Assembly (NCBI GenBank): GCA_951406725.2
Contig: OX597818.1
Span: forward strand, 34,968,001-35,032,000
DNA length: 64,000 bases
From: Octopus vulgaris
Taxonomy: Eukaryota
Direction: 5' to 3'
This document shows positions 1-12,529 of the stretch, in pieces; position 1 is the first letter of the stretch, and every line of letters begins with the position of its first letter. The translations under genes were made by a program, and so were the position numbers. The notes under the pieces were generated by a model, which did not search any database, was not told where the DNA came from, and saw only the letters and a list, made by a program, of their open reading frames with translations.

Positions 1-154
1 TCCTCCTTCATTGTATTTGTATTTACTAATATCCACATGCCTAAAACACACTATTACATGTAGATATAATTTCTCCTTACAATCACTGCATTGAAAAGAT
101 AGTTTTATTAGTGGAACTTGAAAAGAAGCAGTCACTATAAATTATAAATTTTAA

Positions 155-291
155 CCTTTTTGTTACCATATTTCTGTTTGAGATGCTCTGTGTTTCTTTC
201 AATTAATTTTAAATATAACAAAGAATTTAGCAAAATAACATATTTATCATTAAGCTAGTGTTAGGAACATAAATTGTGATTAAGGTTTGGT
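155..291. mobile_element. piggyBac-type MITE, one end only (same family as 61538-61757)
   Basis: TTAA at 151-154 followed by CCTTTTTGTTACC; body aligns with 61538-61672; truncated where an RTE-tail fragment begins. Confidence 0.7.
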
Positions 292-381
292 CAAGCCATC
301 TGACCCATGCCAGCATGTAAAACAGATGCAAAATGATGATGATGATACACACATACGCATGTGCACAAATACATGTATATA

Positions 382-565
382 GTGGAAGTGCATGGCTTAG
401 TGGTTAGGGTGTTGCACTTATGATTGTAAGATTGTAGTTTCATTTCATGTTGCTACAGGCCACTCAACTGCTAAAAATGAGTAAATCGTGTGATGGACCA
501 GCATCCCATTAAAGGGGACAATATAAATGTCACAGAATCTGGGAAACTAGCCTTATGAGCCTATG
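382..565 (+). mobile_element. Degenerate tRNA-derived SINE with V-domain-like 3' part
   Basis: A-box-like TGGCTTAGTGGTTAGG head; GATGGACCAGCATCCCATTAAAGGGG resembles the V-SINE domain; related to 31290-31520. Confidence 0.5.
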
Positions 566-603
566 GTTTGACCCCTTTAGTGATATATATATATATATAT
601 ATA

Positions 604-897
604 TGAAATGCAAAATAGGACAAGAATGCAAAATATCCGGATAGTTAGGTGATACAAAAATGGGACAACAAAACATCTAGATAGACGATACAAAGAAAAC
701 AAGGATGGGTCATTCGAAGTTTTCTTTCCTCAGTCAAATACCAGATTATCTTCACAATTTTGGCTGATTATACTTCAGATTGCTCCAATCTAGCCAGCCC
801 CAAGGAAAAACTAAGCTAAGAGCATTAGATTCCTTGGAAGAAAGTAGCGAATGTATACAAAGACCAGGATGGAAAAAACGGACAATGTTACACAAAT
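604..897. mobile_element. Unclassified interspersed element embedded in (TA)n
   Basis: Flanked by (TA)n on both sides; 604-780 is the reverse complement of about 43775-43940. Confidence 0.6.
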
Positions 898-1463
898 ATA
901 TATATATATATATATAGCCCTACTGTCACAGCGGTGGTGTACCCCACTACTGTCACGTTCGTGTTAGATTGACAGTATACAACCATTCTATCGCCCCACC
1001 ACCGTACATGTCTCTACGAGAGATTTAGAAATATATATGTATGTACACAGACACACACACACACAGACCTCTCATGCATACATACATACTCTATCTGTTG
1101 GCAGCTGGTTTAGGCCCCATAGTTTCAGATGAAGATTCGAATTAGAGTAGAAACTGGCAAAGCCAATCCCTTTTGTTCGATTATAAAAAATGACATTTAC
1201 ATTTGTCCTCACACTGTCAATTACACATCAGAGTAAAGGCTAAAAATTGTATTGTTTCTAATTAACTACACCTTATTATACATTTTAGATTAATCACCAT
1301 GCTAAACCATATGAACAGGATATGAGCAGGTGTAACCTTTATCCACCAGGAAAATTAAAGCATTGTTTAATAGAAGCATCAAATTGAACTCGCACTCAGA
1401 ATGGATATCTTTTGTTGTTATAAATCAAAATATTTGTTTAAGTACCAAATGGCTGAAAACCAT

Positions 1464-1681
1464 ATTCTTTTATTCTTTTACTTGTTTCAGTCATTGACTG
1501 TGGCCCTGCTGGAGTACTGCCTTTAGTCGAGTAAATCGACCCCCAGGGCTTATTCTTTGTAATTCTTTGTAAGCCTAGTACTTATTCTATCGGTCTCTTT
1601 TGCCGAACCGCTAAGTTATGGGGAAGTAAATACACCAGCATCAGTTATCATGCGATGTTGGGGGGGACAAACACAGACACA

Positions 1682-1758
<77 letters not shown>

Positions 1759-2157
1759 TTAAATAATGAGGGAGATGAATTAATATTAATTTAAAACCAG
1801 TAGCCTAGCATACAAAAATCTGAAAAATCAGAGAAAATTCTAATACATGTGTATATTCAAAGGGCAAGACCGCTGAATTTTCCTCTAGAGAACATCCTTT
1901 GTAGTTTGATCGTTGGTGATCTATTTCTAGCATATGGCCGGCTACCTAACAGTCTTACCCTTTGAATATACACATATATATATACATATATATGACAGGC
2001 TTCTTTCAGTTTCTGTCTACCAAATCCACTCACAAGGCTTTGGTTGGCCCGAGGCTATAGTAGAAGACACTTGCCCAAGGTGCCATGCAGTGGGACTGAA
2101 CCTGGAACCATGTGGTTGGTAAGCAATGCTACTTACCACACAGCCACTCCTATGCCT
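1464..2157 (-). mobile_element. SINE family A (tRNA head, CORE-like CCTTGGGCAAGT segment, internal TA/CA microsatellite, AAGAGTA-type tail)
   Basis: Matches about 20 other copies in the window; a separate element (1760-1975) sits in its central microsatellite. Confidence 0.85.
1760..1975. repeat. Element with internal inverted repeat, nested in SINE microsatellite
   Basis: ATGTGTATATTCAAAGGGCAAGAC (from 1847) pairs with GTCTTACCCTTTGAATATACACAT (to 1975); leader AATTTAAAACCAGTAGCCTAGCA resembles 20315-20400 and 38371-38455. Confidence 0.6.
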
Positions 2158-2715
2158 ATAGTCATACAATACAATTTCCTTCCATGCTCTGAAAAAATAT
2201 TAAAAATTTCCTTAGTCAATGTGACTCAAAGATTCATTATTTTTGTTATCATAAATGAAAAAAGCAAGCAGATGATTGACTGATGCTCTTAAATCATAAT
2301 GTTTTAGCTATATCAAACTCTTTTATGATGTTAATATACTTAGTAAATGTTTTATAATTGATTCAATTGTTTCATTGATTACTTGAAAATCAGTAAAATG
2401 TGAAACTAAGAGACACAATGTATGTAGTTTCAGTTTGGAATTAAATTTATAATTTATTCTATACCTTTGTGTTAAGTTCTTTAAACCGTTATATTATTAT
2501 GAGTTTTTTAAACAGCTACAGTGTATTTCTTTATTCAACTCTGTTTTCAGAACACGCATATCTGTGTGTGCATGTTCTGAAAATAGAGTTGACAGAGTTA
2601 GAATAGAGTGAGAGAAAGTTAAGGAAACAGTTTCATCTGCTAGCAACAATGTGGCTGGTTTTTAAAGTGACGGGTAGATAGTGTGGTATCTTTATATAAA
2701 GTGTGATGTTGCATG

Positions 2716-2950
2716 GCAGTGAAGCATCTGGCAGAAGTGTTAGCACGCTGGGTGAAATGCTTAACAGTATTTTGTCTGTCTTTACGTTCTGAGTTCAAAT
2801 TCCGCCGAGGTCGACTTTGCCTTTCATCCTTTTGGGGTTGATTAAATAAGTATCAGTTACGCATTGGAGTCAATATAATTGACTTAATCCGTCTGTCTGT
2901 CCTTGTTTGTCTCCTCTGTGTTTAGCCCCTTGTGGGTAGTAAAGAAATAG
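2716..2950 (+). mobile_element. SINE family C (tRNA head, Deu/Nin-like central domain)
   Basis: B-box GAGTTCAAATTCC, then GACTTTGCCTTTCATCCTTTTGGGGTTGATTAAATAAGTA, similar to the Deu/Nin SINE domain; tail CCCCTTGTGGGTAGTAAAGAAATA. Confidence 0.8.
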
Positions 2951-3039
2951 GTCTTGAATGTAGAAGATTGTAAAATCTACCAAGAAATAAATCAATCCTG
3001 CTTCAGTGGATATGTAGTGGTAGTGAACATAAATTAATA

Positions 3040-3345
3040 GCCACAAATGATTTGAGAGAAAACTTTGATGTGAGATGAATATAAAAGCTGTAAAAGAGAA
3101 GACTGCACTGTTACGAGCATGTTAGGCATATGAGAATGAAATATGGTTAAAGAAGTTCCAAGCATTCTGAATGGTTAGAACCTGTAGAAAAAGGAAACTA
3201 AAGATGTGAGAAGAAGTAATGCAGATGGGTCTCAAGAAGCTAAGCTTCTCGAAAGAAATAGCAAAAGGCCAATTCAAGAAGTGGAATGCTGTACTGGAGA
3301 AGAGATGCATCCAGCCCATAAAGCTCGAAAAATGGATGGGGCATA
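3040..3345 (+). mobile_element. Highly decayed RTE LINE 3' region
   Basis: Similar to the C-terminal region at 17370-17640 (AGAAGACTG..., GCTGTACTGGAGAAG). Confidence 0.45.
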
Positions 3346-3489
3346 AACCATAATAACGGTAATGGAAGATGGGTCTTTTTCACCCATCATGTTTGTATTA
3401 AGTCTCCCTGCCATTAACAATCAATCTCGTTATTTTCTATTTCCATCCCTCATCTCTCTGTTACTCTCCCATCTATCAATGATTCCCTC

Positions 3490-3537
3490 CTCTCTCTCTC
3501 TCTCCCTTCTCTCTCACTCTTTCTCTCTCTTTCTCTC

Positions 3538-3568
<31 letters not shown>

Positions 3569-3648
3569 CTTCTCTCTCTTTCTCTCTCTCTCGCTTTCTC
3601 TTTCTCTTTCTCTCTCTCTCTCTGTCACACACACACATACACACACAT
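3490..3648. repeat. (CT)n/(CA)n microsatellite
   Basis: Direct reading. Confidence 0.95.
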
Positions 3649-4539
3649 TTTCACATTACTCTCCCTCTTTTCAATGACTTCCCCTTTTATCCCCCTGTTT
3701 CTCTACTATCTATCTCCCTTACATTCTATGCTTTTTCTCTTTCTCCCATGCTGCTTTCACACAGACACTCTTCTATCACACTTTCTCCTTTATTACTCTC
3801 TCATCATTCTCCTTTTCACTCTCTCCCCTGATCCTCTTCTATCCCTGTATCTCCCTTCTAAATGAGACATCACAAAGAAGTGATTCCTCTTAAGTCTTGT
3901 CAAGGACATGAGCAACTTCTCTGGTGTCCTTTTTATCCTACATTGTCACAGTTCAAATTAACAGAGACAATGTCAAGTAGAGAAGACATTTTAATCTTGC
4001 CTGGAACACTATAATATCTCAACTGCTGGTGTGATGATGAAATACATCCAATATACTTGGTAAAGTGGTAAGTGGTAAAAATGGTATCCGGCTGTAGAAT
4101 CCATGCTAAAAATAGAAATTGGTCTCCAACTTGCCAAGCATAGGACATAGTCACCAGCCTACTAAAAGAGCAGTGATTTCAAATATGAACTACTGGTTGT
4201 TCAGCTGTTACTTAGTTTAAAGTTAATTCTATTAAACAATTTTCTGTAGTGCTGGTCAGTGGGGAAATGATAAGATCACATATACTTATAACATTCTATT
4301 ACCCAATAATAAGAAGTGATACCATAATACCAACAAGCTCACATTTTCATTTTCCTTCTCTTTAAATGAGAATGACGGATCTCTCTTTTCATATGAAGTT
4401 GCATAAAAATTAATTTATAAAAAAAAAACATATTTTCAAATAAATTAAATCAACAACTATATGAAATGTTTACAAATGTATAAGAAGATACCAAGATGGA
4501 AGGTAAGTGTAGACTATCCTCCTCCCCCTCCGTGTCGTC

Positions 4540-6510
4540 ATTGTCATCATCATCATCACCATCATCATCACCATCATCACCACCACCACCACCACCACCA
4601 CCACCACCACCACCACACCACCACCATCATCCTCATCATCATCGCCATCATTTAACACCCATTTTCCATGCTGGCATGGGTTGGATGGTTTACCAGGAGC
4701 TGATCAGCTGAAGGGCTGTTCAGGCTCCACATCTGTTTTGACATGATGGTTTCTACAGCTGGATGCCCTTCTTAAACACCAACCACTTTACAGAGTGTAC
4801 TGGATGCTTTTATGCAGCATGGGTGCTTTTTATGTGGCACCAGCATCTACAAGCCTGCAAGATTTAGGGACACTCAGCTAGAGACAGATGCTGGGGATGA
4901 GCCTGTATGCAAGGGCAACCATGGTTTTACTTAGCTTGCCATGTCTTCTCAAACACAACAAACTGCCAGGAGTCTTGGTCTCCAGTCATCTCCTCTGTGA
5001 ATACCAGCATCTGTAGATCCTTTCTCATCATTTCACCTCATATCTTCCTGGGTCTACCCTTTCCACATGTTCCCTCTACAATTATAGATCAGCACCTCTT
5101 GATGCAACTGTCTTCATTCATATGCATTACATGGTCATACCAGCACAGTCTTCTCTCTTGTACACTACATCTGATGCTACATATACCTGTTTTTTTCTCT
5201 CAGATCCCTTACATTCTGTCGTATATGCACACTAACACTACCCATTCAGCAAAGCATACTGGTTCAAGTCTTTGCATATCCTCAGTAGTCATAGCCCCAT
5301 GTCTCACTGCCATGTAGTATAGCTGTTCATACACAGGCATTGTACATTCTGCCTTTCACTCAGAGGGAGAGACTCTTCATTACTAACAGAGCCAGTAGCT
5401 CTCTGAACTTGGCCCAGTCTATTCTGATTCTAGCAGCTATGCTTTTGGAACAACCATTCTCACTACAAACTCGGTCACCTAAATAACAGAAACTGTCTAC
5501 TACATCTAAGGATCCCCACTGTCATATGAGGGAGTCTGTTTTTTTGTACATTCCTAGTGTTTAATGTACTTGCACATCTGCCACTTGTAAAGACTACTTT
5601 CTCTGTTAGTGAAACTACCGCACCTCTTATGTGTCCATAGCTTGAACTGGGTACACCTTATGGAGTTTCTCCCAACACCTGTATCAAGCAAGGCCATCTC
5701 CCTGAAGAGATCTACAATTTGTCTGTTTTCCTACTTACCAATACTTTGGTATTTGCTAAATTAACTCAAAGGCCCTTTTATCCCAGTTTGTGCTTCAATA
5801 CCTGAAATTTCTTCTCCAGTTCTGGTAGTGATTCAGCAATAAGAACAAGGTCATCAGCATAGAGGGGCTCCCAAGGGCAGCCAGTCTTAAATAAGAGGTA
5901 TCTAGGAACCGAACCCTGGTGGACTCCTACTTGTACACTAAACTCCTTGCTATACTCATTGGTGACTTTCACCTTACTAACAACATCCTTGCACATGATT
6001 TGTACAGCTCTCACTAACCATTCATCAATCTTTAGCTTCCACATTGTCCACCAAATAAGGGAGTGGAGGTCCCTGTCAAAGGCTTTCTCCATGTTAACAA
6101 AAGCTAGAAACAGGATTTTATTTTTGGCCAAGTATTTCTCCTGCAGTTGCCTCACCAGGAAGATAGCATCGGTGGTGTTTCTCCTTGGTACAAATCCAAA
6201 CTGCATCTCATCTGTGCTGACTCTCTTCCTAATTAATGGAGCTATGACCTTTTTTGCAACTTTCAGCACCTGGTCCAGCAATTTAGTACCTCTGTAATTA
6301 TTTCTGTCTAAGGCATCACCTTTGCCTTTGAAGCAGTTGTCTATAATGCTGCTACACCAATCATTGGATATGACTCCCTTATGGACAACCTGATTAACTA
6401 TACAGGTTACCAGGTCACATCCCACTCCACTGAAGATTTTAAGCATCTCGGCAGTGATCCCTGATGGGCTGGAGGCTTTCCCTGTCTTCATATCCCTAAT
6501 TGCTTTATCT
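4540..6510 (-). mobile_element. 5'-truncated RTE-clade LINE with RT relic, C-terminus, 3' UTR and (GAT/GGT)n tail
   Basis: RT ORF 5778-6510; EGTCGKGRPRKI near 5040-5075; continues into the AAGGGCATCCAGCTGTAGAAAC...CAACCCATGCCAGCATGGAAAA 3' UTR and trinucleotide tail. Confidence 0.9.
5778..6510 (-). pseudogene. RTE reverse transcriptase fragment
   Basis: KGKGDALDRNNYRG, QFGFVPRRNTTDAIF, FVNMEKAFDR, GVHQGSV, YADDLVL; internal deletion between QGS and YADD and premature stop; the N-terminal part of the tracked ORF (to 6623) is non-element sequence. Confidence 0.92.
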
Positions 6511-7499
6511 GCTAAGCTAGTGATGAACAAAGCATAGTAATACATCGATAATTTTGGTAAAAAAAAAAGTAAATTAAACAAAATAAAATAAGAAAACATC
6601 CACCCTCCAACAGAAACACGCACCTAAAGATAAGAAGTCTGATTATAAGTGCATTAGATCTTGTAGACCGTGGTTCAAGTGTTGTCAGAGTACCAAGGCT
6701 GATATACACCATCAGAAAAAAAAAAGCTGAATTTTGTAGGTTATCTTAATCCTCCCCTCTCTCTTTCTCTCTTGTCTCTTTTCTTTCTTTTACCCCCTCC
6801 CCACTTGCTCTCTCTTTCTCTCTCTCTCTCTCATTCACTCCTTCTTTTTCGTTTTTCTCAGTTACCTCTTGCTTTTTCATTTAGATTTAACAATAGCTTA
6901 AAAGTGAAAGGAAGAAAGCTTATTCCTGGAAGAGTTGTATATGTAAATATGAGTCAGCAGACTTCTCTCTATATGTTTGTGTGTATGTGTAGATAAACAT
7001 GTGTGTTTGTGTGTGTATGTGCATGCCTCTGTATGTGTGTGTTTGATATGCAAGCATATGTGTTGCATATGTATTTAAATGTGTGCAGATGTGAATGTGT
7101 TTGAGCGTGTCTGTAGCCGTACAGAATATTTAGAAAGATATCTATATATGGCTTAGTGAATGTCTGTGTATCCGTCTATATACATACCCATTTATATATA
7201 TATATATATACATGGATATCTATGTATGGGTTTGTGAACATCTATGTATGTATACACCCAGATTCCTTAAAGTACATATTGTAATTCAGATGTATATATA
7301 TTTATGGCTAAAAATGGAAAATCCTCCTTAAACATATGACTTAGAAATTCCCTTCTCTGGAGGTGATACAAAGATCAGATCTATTACATACACCTTCAGC
7401 ATGTGTGTGTATGTATGTATGTGTGTGTGTGTGTGTGCGTGTGCGCGCACGCGCGTGCATGTGTGTGTGTGAGTGTTTGTTTAAGAGAGCAAGACGCAT

Positions 7500-7922
7500 C
7501 TTCTTCCCCATCTTCTCTCTCTTTCCTCTCCCTTTTTCCAACTGGGGTAGCCATGTATCTCCTTTACAGCAAAACACTGGTTTCTGTTCCTCTATTGTAT
7601 TTAGACTTTCATCACCTGGCACAAAGCTACCTTCCTCAATACTACTACTGCCTGCTCTGTTGAAAGGTTTTGTTTTACAAGTTACTTGGTAACCTCACTG
7701 GTGCTGGTGTCTCATAAAAAGCACCCAGGACACTCTACAAAGCGGTTGGCATTGGGTAGGGCATCCAGCCATAGAAACCATGTCACAGCAGACAGGGGAG
7801 CCTGGCACAATCCTTTGGATTGTCAACTCCAGTCAAAGCATCCAACCCATGCTAGCATAAACATTAGATGTTAAATGATGATAACGATGATGATGATCCT
7901 GATATTGATGATGATGATGATA
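7500..7922 (+). mobile_element. RTE 3' UTR fragment with (GAT)n tail
   Basis: AAAAAGCACCCAG...GGGCATCCAGCCATAGAAACC...CAACCCATGCTAGCAT then GAT repeats. Confidence 0.75.
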
Positions 7923-8314
7923 TTTTAAGAGGGGATGCACTCAGAACCAAAAGCAATAATTTCTTTTATTTTTAAGAAATTTTTCACTGATTCAAAGAAG
8001 TTAGAAAAAAACTTATCAGCAATTGTTGGTGAATCAAGAAGAAGAAAAAAAGAAATTTCAAGACAGCAAGACTAAATTTATTGAGCTAATTAATCTACTT
8101 AGGTAAAAGACAATATGGTCTTTGTTTGCAAGTAAGAGAAACGACCAAACTGTTCTTTCTTTGAAAATGTAAATTAGCATGAAAAATTTATGTACTGGAA
8201 AATATCTTCCTTTCTTTTTGAGAGTCACCAATACTTGTCAGTCTCCATCTCTGGAGTTAAATCTCAATAAAGAAATTATTGTGTACAGCATTCAGCTTAT
8301 CACTTTCAATTTAA

Positions 8315-8455
8315 CTCTTTAGCATTAAAACTAGCCATAACAAGCCATAATATTTAACATGTTTCATGTTGAAACTGGCCAGATCCGGCCTCTCACCTCA
8401 ACCCTACAATTTCTTTCTAAAACTAAACAATCACATCATTGAAATCTCTATACTA

Positions 8456-8486
<31 letters not shown>

Positions 8487-8885
8487 GTTTACGTCCGCTT
8501 TCCATGCTAGCATGGGTTGGATGATTTGACTGAGGACTGGCAAACTGGATGGCTGCACCAATGCCCTTCCTAATGCCAACCACTCCGAGACTGTAGTGGG
8601 TGCTTTTACGTGCCACCGATACGAGGGCCAGTCAGGCGGTACTGGCAATGGCCACACTCAAATGGTGTTTTTTTTATGTGCCACCTGCACAGGAGCCAGT
8701 CCAGTGGCACTGGCAATGACCTCACTCGAATGCTTTTTTTCATGTGCCACCGGAACAAGTGCCAGTAAGGTGACACTGGTAATAATCATGCTCGAATGTT
8801 ACTTTTTACATGCCAAGATAATTAATTCAAAACAATGGGAATAAATAAGCATCACATTTGACAGAATAATGTGAATACTAAAAGA
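8315..8885. mobile_element. piggyBac-type MITE interrupted by an RTE 3' end
   Basis: TTAA|CTCTTTAGCATT ... AATACTAAAAGA|TTAA (degenerate TIRs with TTAA flanks); insertion at about 8456-8815. Confidence 0.65.
8456..8815 (-). mobile_element. RTE 3' end (family B) with internal ~55-bp repeats
   Basis: (CAT)n-CGTTTACGTCCGCTTTCCATGCTAGCATGGG; four TTTT(A/C)(C/T)GTGCCA units. Confidence 0.8.
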
Positions 8886-8929
8886 TTAATTTACTAACAA
8901 TTTAAAGCGTTTCCCAACTGGATATTACC

Positions 8930-9523
8930 ACCATCACCACCATCACCACTGCCACCACTGCCACCACTGCCACCACTGCCACCACCGCCACCACTGCCAC
9001 CACCACCAACACCAACACCACCATCATCATCACCATCATTTAACATCCGCTTTCCATGCTAGAATGGGTTGGACGATTTGACTGAGGACTGGTGAACCAG
9101 ATGGCTGCACCAGGCTCCAATCTTGATTTGGCAGAGTTTCTACAGCTGGATGCCCTTCCTAGTTTGTTAAAATCATTAAAGGATGTTGGATTTGTAGAAT
9201 CAATTGAAGAGACACAAAAAGGGGATGCAGAAAAATGGAAGACACAAAGAGAGGGAGAGAGAGAGAGAGAGAAGGCAGAAAAAAGAAAAAAATCAAAGGC
9301 GCAGGAGTGGCTGTGTGGTAAGTAGCTTGCTTACCAACCACATGGTTCCGGGTTCAGTCCCATTGCGTGGCATCTTGGGCAAGTGTCTTCTGCTATAGCC
9401 TCGGGCCGACCAATGCCTTGTGAGTGGATTTGGTAGACGGAAACTGAAAGAAGCCTGTCGTATATATGTATATATATATATGTATGTGTGTGTGTGTTTG
9501 TGTGTCTGTGTTTGTCCCACTAG
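8930..9523 (+). repeat. Local duplication, copy 1 (copy 2 about 13890-14475)
   Basis: Near-identical across trinucleotide tract, RTE tail, unique spacer and SINE A head. Confidence 0.85.
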
Positions 9524-9700
9524 TTGGATAGATAGACAAATATAACAAAATAATTTGATAAAAAATGTGAATTTTTAATTATGTTCTGAGATGTTACAAA
9601 AACAACAAAAATATTTTTTAATTTTCTTTATTCTAATGGTGTGTTTACGTCCTCCGTCCTCCGTCACTTAGCGGTTCGGCAAAAAGAGACCGATAGAATT
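9298..9700 (+). mobile_element. SINE family A, interrupted at 9524-9636 and 3'-truncated
   Basis: GGCGCAGGAGTGGCTGTGTGGTAAG head; resumes GGTGTGTTTACGTCC at about 9637. Confidence 0.8.
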
Positions 9701-10313
9701 CTAAACTCACCTGAACAGAGTGAATGGTCTATAGTTTACCTATAGCATCTAGAACCATTGGTAGTTTCCTTTAACAGATTCATCAATGAAGTCAAGCTAT
9801 GCAAGAGTACAGCAGATAATTAGTCTCTCGAGGAGAATCCATTTCTTATAGGTATAATTACTGGTTTTAATTACCTTTTTTTTGTTGTATGGAGGCATGA
9901 TTGTTTTCCATTTTAGCATGGTCTTTGTTAGTATCTATTAGAGGTATACTCCCAAATAGTTCACAATAATCAATCCAGGCTATTTTAAGATTTCTCTTCA
10001 TCCCTTTGCTGTCTTTTGTAACAGTTCAGTTTACCAGTAGCGCTTGTTTACAGCAGTATATCCCCATTTAAAACTGTATGCCTATAAGCTTGTTTATCAG
10101 CAGCATTTAAAACCAATGATTAGCACTATTACCTGGTATTTCAATATTTCAGGGTCAGGATCCCTTCTTCAGGAGATTTACAAAAATAAAAAAAGAGTAT
10201 TGACAGATAATGTCTCTAAGCAGAAACTTGCATTCAAAAAACCTTTAATTGATATAATGATAATATAGTGGTAAAATCCCTGATTATAAGTGCACATATT
10301 AAAAATATTTTGG

Positions 10314-10647
10314 TTCTCTTTTACTCTTTTTCTTGTTTCAGTGATTTGACTGTGGCGATGCTGAAGCACTGCCTTTAGTCGAGCAAATCAACCCCAGGAC
10401 TTATTCTTTGTAAGCCTAGTACTTATACTATCGGTCTCTTTTGCCGAACTGCTAAGTTATGGTAAAACACAAACATGTATATATACAATGGGCTTCTTTT
10501 TTCAGTTTCCGTCTACCAAATCCACTCACAAGGCTTTGGTCGGCCTGAGTCTATAGTAGAAGACACTTGCCCAAGGTGCCATGCAGTGGGACTGAACCTG
10601 GAACCATGTGGTTCGTAAGCAAGTTACTTACCACATAGCCACTCCTA
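10314..10647 (-). mobile_element. SINE family A
   Basis: Head and tail match other copies; internal deletion. Confidence 0.85.
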
Positions 10648-10712
10648 AGATATTTTATTTTGGAATATGTATTGAAAAAATAATTCTGAAGTTGATTGGT
10701 AAGTTTTCTAGA

Positions 10713-10829
10713 ATTGGTCAGTACAAATCTAATATTGGTCAGTACAAATCTAATATTGGTTGGTACAAATCTAATATTGGTTGGAACAAATCTAATATTG
10801 GTTGGTACAAATCTAATATTGATTGGTAC
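10713..10829. repeat. 21-bp minisatellite, about 5.5 units
   Basis: Unit ATTGGT(CA/TG)GTACAAATCTAAT. Confidence 0.95.
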
Positions 10830-10889
10830 CCTTTATATATATATATATATATTGGAAAGCAAGTTTCTTACCACACAGCCATGCCTGCA

Positions 10890-10965
<76 letters not shown>

Positions 10966-11319
10966 TATATATATACATATAATATATACATATATATATA
11001 TATATTTGAATAGAAAAAGGGTAAAAATACTCTTGCTTACTATTATGTACCAACTCTGCTTTCAACGCCAGTTTATGTAAATTGGCATTGAAATAATTGT
11101 AACTGATCATTAAAGATGGGTTAAAGTAGTTCATTTTTTTATTATTTGGTTATATTTTACTTTTCACTAAAGCCACACAATAGTTTTACTGTCATAAAAC
11201 CAGGATTTTCTACACCTGAAGAATTTCAGTATTAGTCTGGAATCTGACAGTATTGATTATCTAGAATTTCGGTTGGGCTCTGCATTGGAAGTCCCCCATC
11301 TTTACACCCTAACAGGACC

Positions 11320-11538
11320 TTATATTCTTTTATTCTTTCAATTGTTTCAGTCATTTGATTGTGGCCATACTGGAGCACTGCCTTTAGTTGAACAAACTGA
11401 CCCCAGGACTTATTCTTTGTAAGCCTAGTGCTTATTCTATTGGTCTCTTTTGCCAAACTGCAAAGTTATGGGGACATAAACACACCAGCATCAGTTGTCA
11501 AGCGATGGTGAGGGGACAAACACAGAAACTCACACACA
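11320..11538 (-). mobile_element. SINE family A, 3' half
   Basis: Tail and body match family; ends in CA tract at the mariner junction. Confidence 0.8.
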
Positions 11539-12403
11539 TTGAGAATAACCCATATTGCACAACCTGAGAATTAGTAGAAAACCTCAACCTATCAAAATCC
11601 ATCGTTCATGAGCACTTGGTAAAGCTTGGGTACACAAATCACTACGATGTTTGGGTACCTCATGAGTTGAGTGAGAAGAATCTTTTGAATCGCATTTCCA
11701 TCTGTGATTCACTTTATAAACAGAATGAAAACGCGCCATTTTTAAAGCAAATTGTGACAGGTGATGAGAAATGGATTATCTACCGAAATGTTCAGAGAAA
11801 GCAATCCTGGAGTAAGCAACAAGAGCTTAGCCACCTCAAAAGTGGGTCTTCACCCTAAAAAAGTCTTGATTTATGTCTGGTGGGATTGGAAAGGAATTCT
11901 GTACTATGAGCTTCTCCCAAGTAACCAGACAATTAATTCTGAGAAATACTGCACACAACTGGATGAGTTAAAAGCAGCAATTCAAGAGAAACGTCCAGGA
12001 TTGACCAACAAGAAGAGTGTTATTTTCCAACATGATAATGCAAGACCACACGTTTCTTTGGGAACCAGACAAAAATTGCTGCAGCTCGGCTGGGATGTGT
12101 TACCCCACCCTCCATATTCACCAGATATTGCTCCTTCGGATTTCCACTTATTCAGGTCTCTGCAGAATAGTCTTAATGGTAAAAATTTCAATTCCTTGGA
12201 TGATGTAAAAAGATACCTTGATGAATTCTTTGCCATGAAACCACTTCAATTCTAGGAAGATGGTATTTTCAAGTTAAAGGAAAGATGCAGATGAATTGTG
12301 CAACAAAATGGTTCATATTTGGTTGACTAAAAATATAATGGCAAGGATTTATTGACCTTTTTCTTTCCTTTAAAAATTGGCACAAACTTTCCGGACAACC
12401 CAA
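11539..12403 (+). mobile_element. 5'-truncated mariner (DD34D) transposon with frameshifted transposase
   Basis: WVPHEL, IVTGDEKW, HDNARPH, HPPYSPDIAPSDFHLF across ORFs 11616-11858 and 11761-12255; right TIR ...CAAACTTTCCGGACAACCCAA followed by TA at 12404-12405. Confidence 0.93.
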
Positions 12404-12529
12404 TAGTATGTGTATGTATGTAGATAGTATGTTTTCCTTTCAGTTTCCATCAACCATTCACTTACAAGGCTTTGGTCAGCCTGGCATTATACTGCACTCT
12501 TACTTTTATAAAACAACTACCAGTAAAAT

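Noticed and set aside
1123-1162. CAGATGAAG...AGAAACTGGC hammerhead-like trace
   Set aside because: Core and cleavage triplet both imperfect; not distinguishable from chance without paralogues
1934-2283. Recurring peptides such as [22 protein letters not shown] and LAEFLQLDALP
   Set aside because: Incidental frames through SINE A and RTE 3' UTR copies, not a gene family
2535-2592. Short inverted repeats here and at 34181-34239
   Set aside because: Too short and isolated to assign; probably MITE or hairpin remnants
10713-10829. CRISPR array
   Set aside because: Contiguous tandem units without unique spacers
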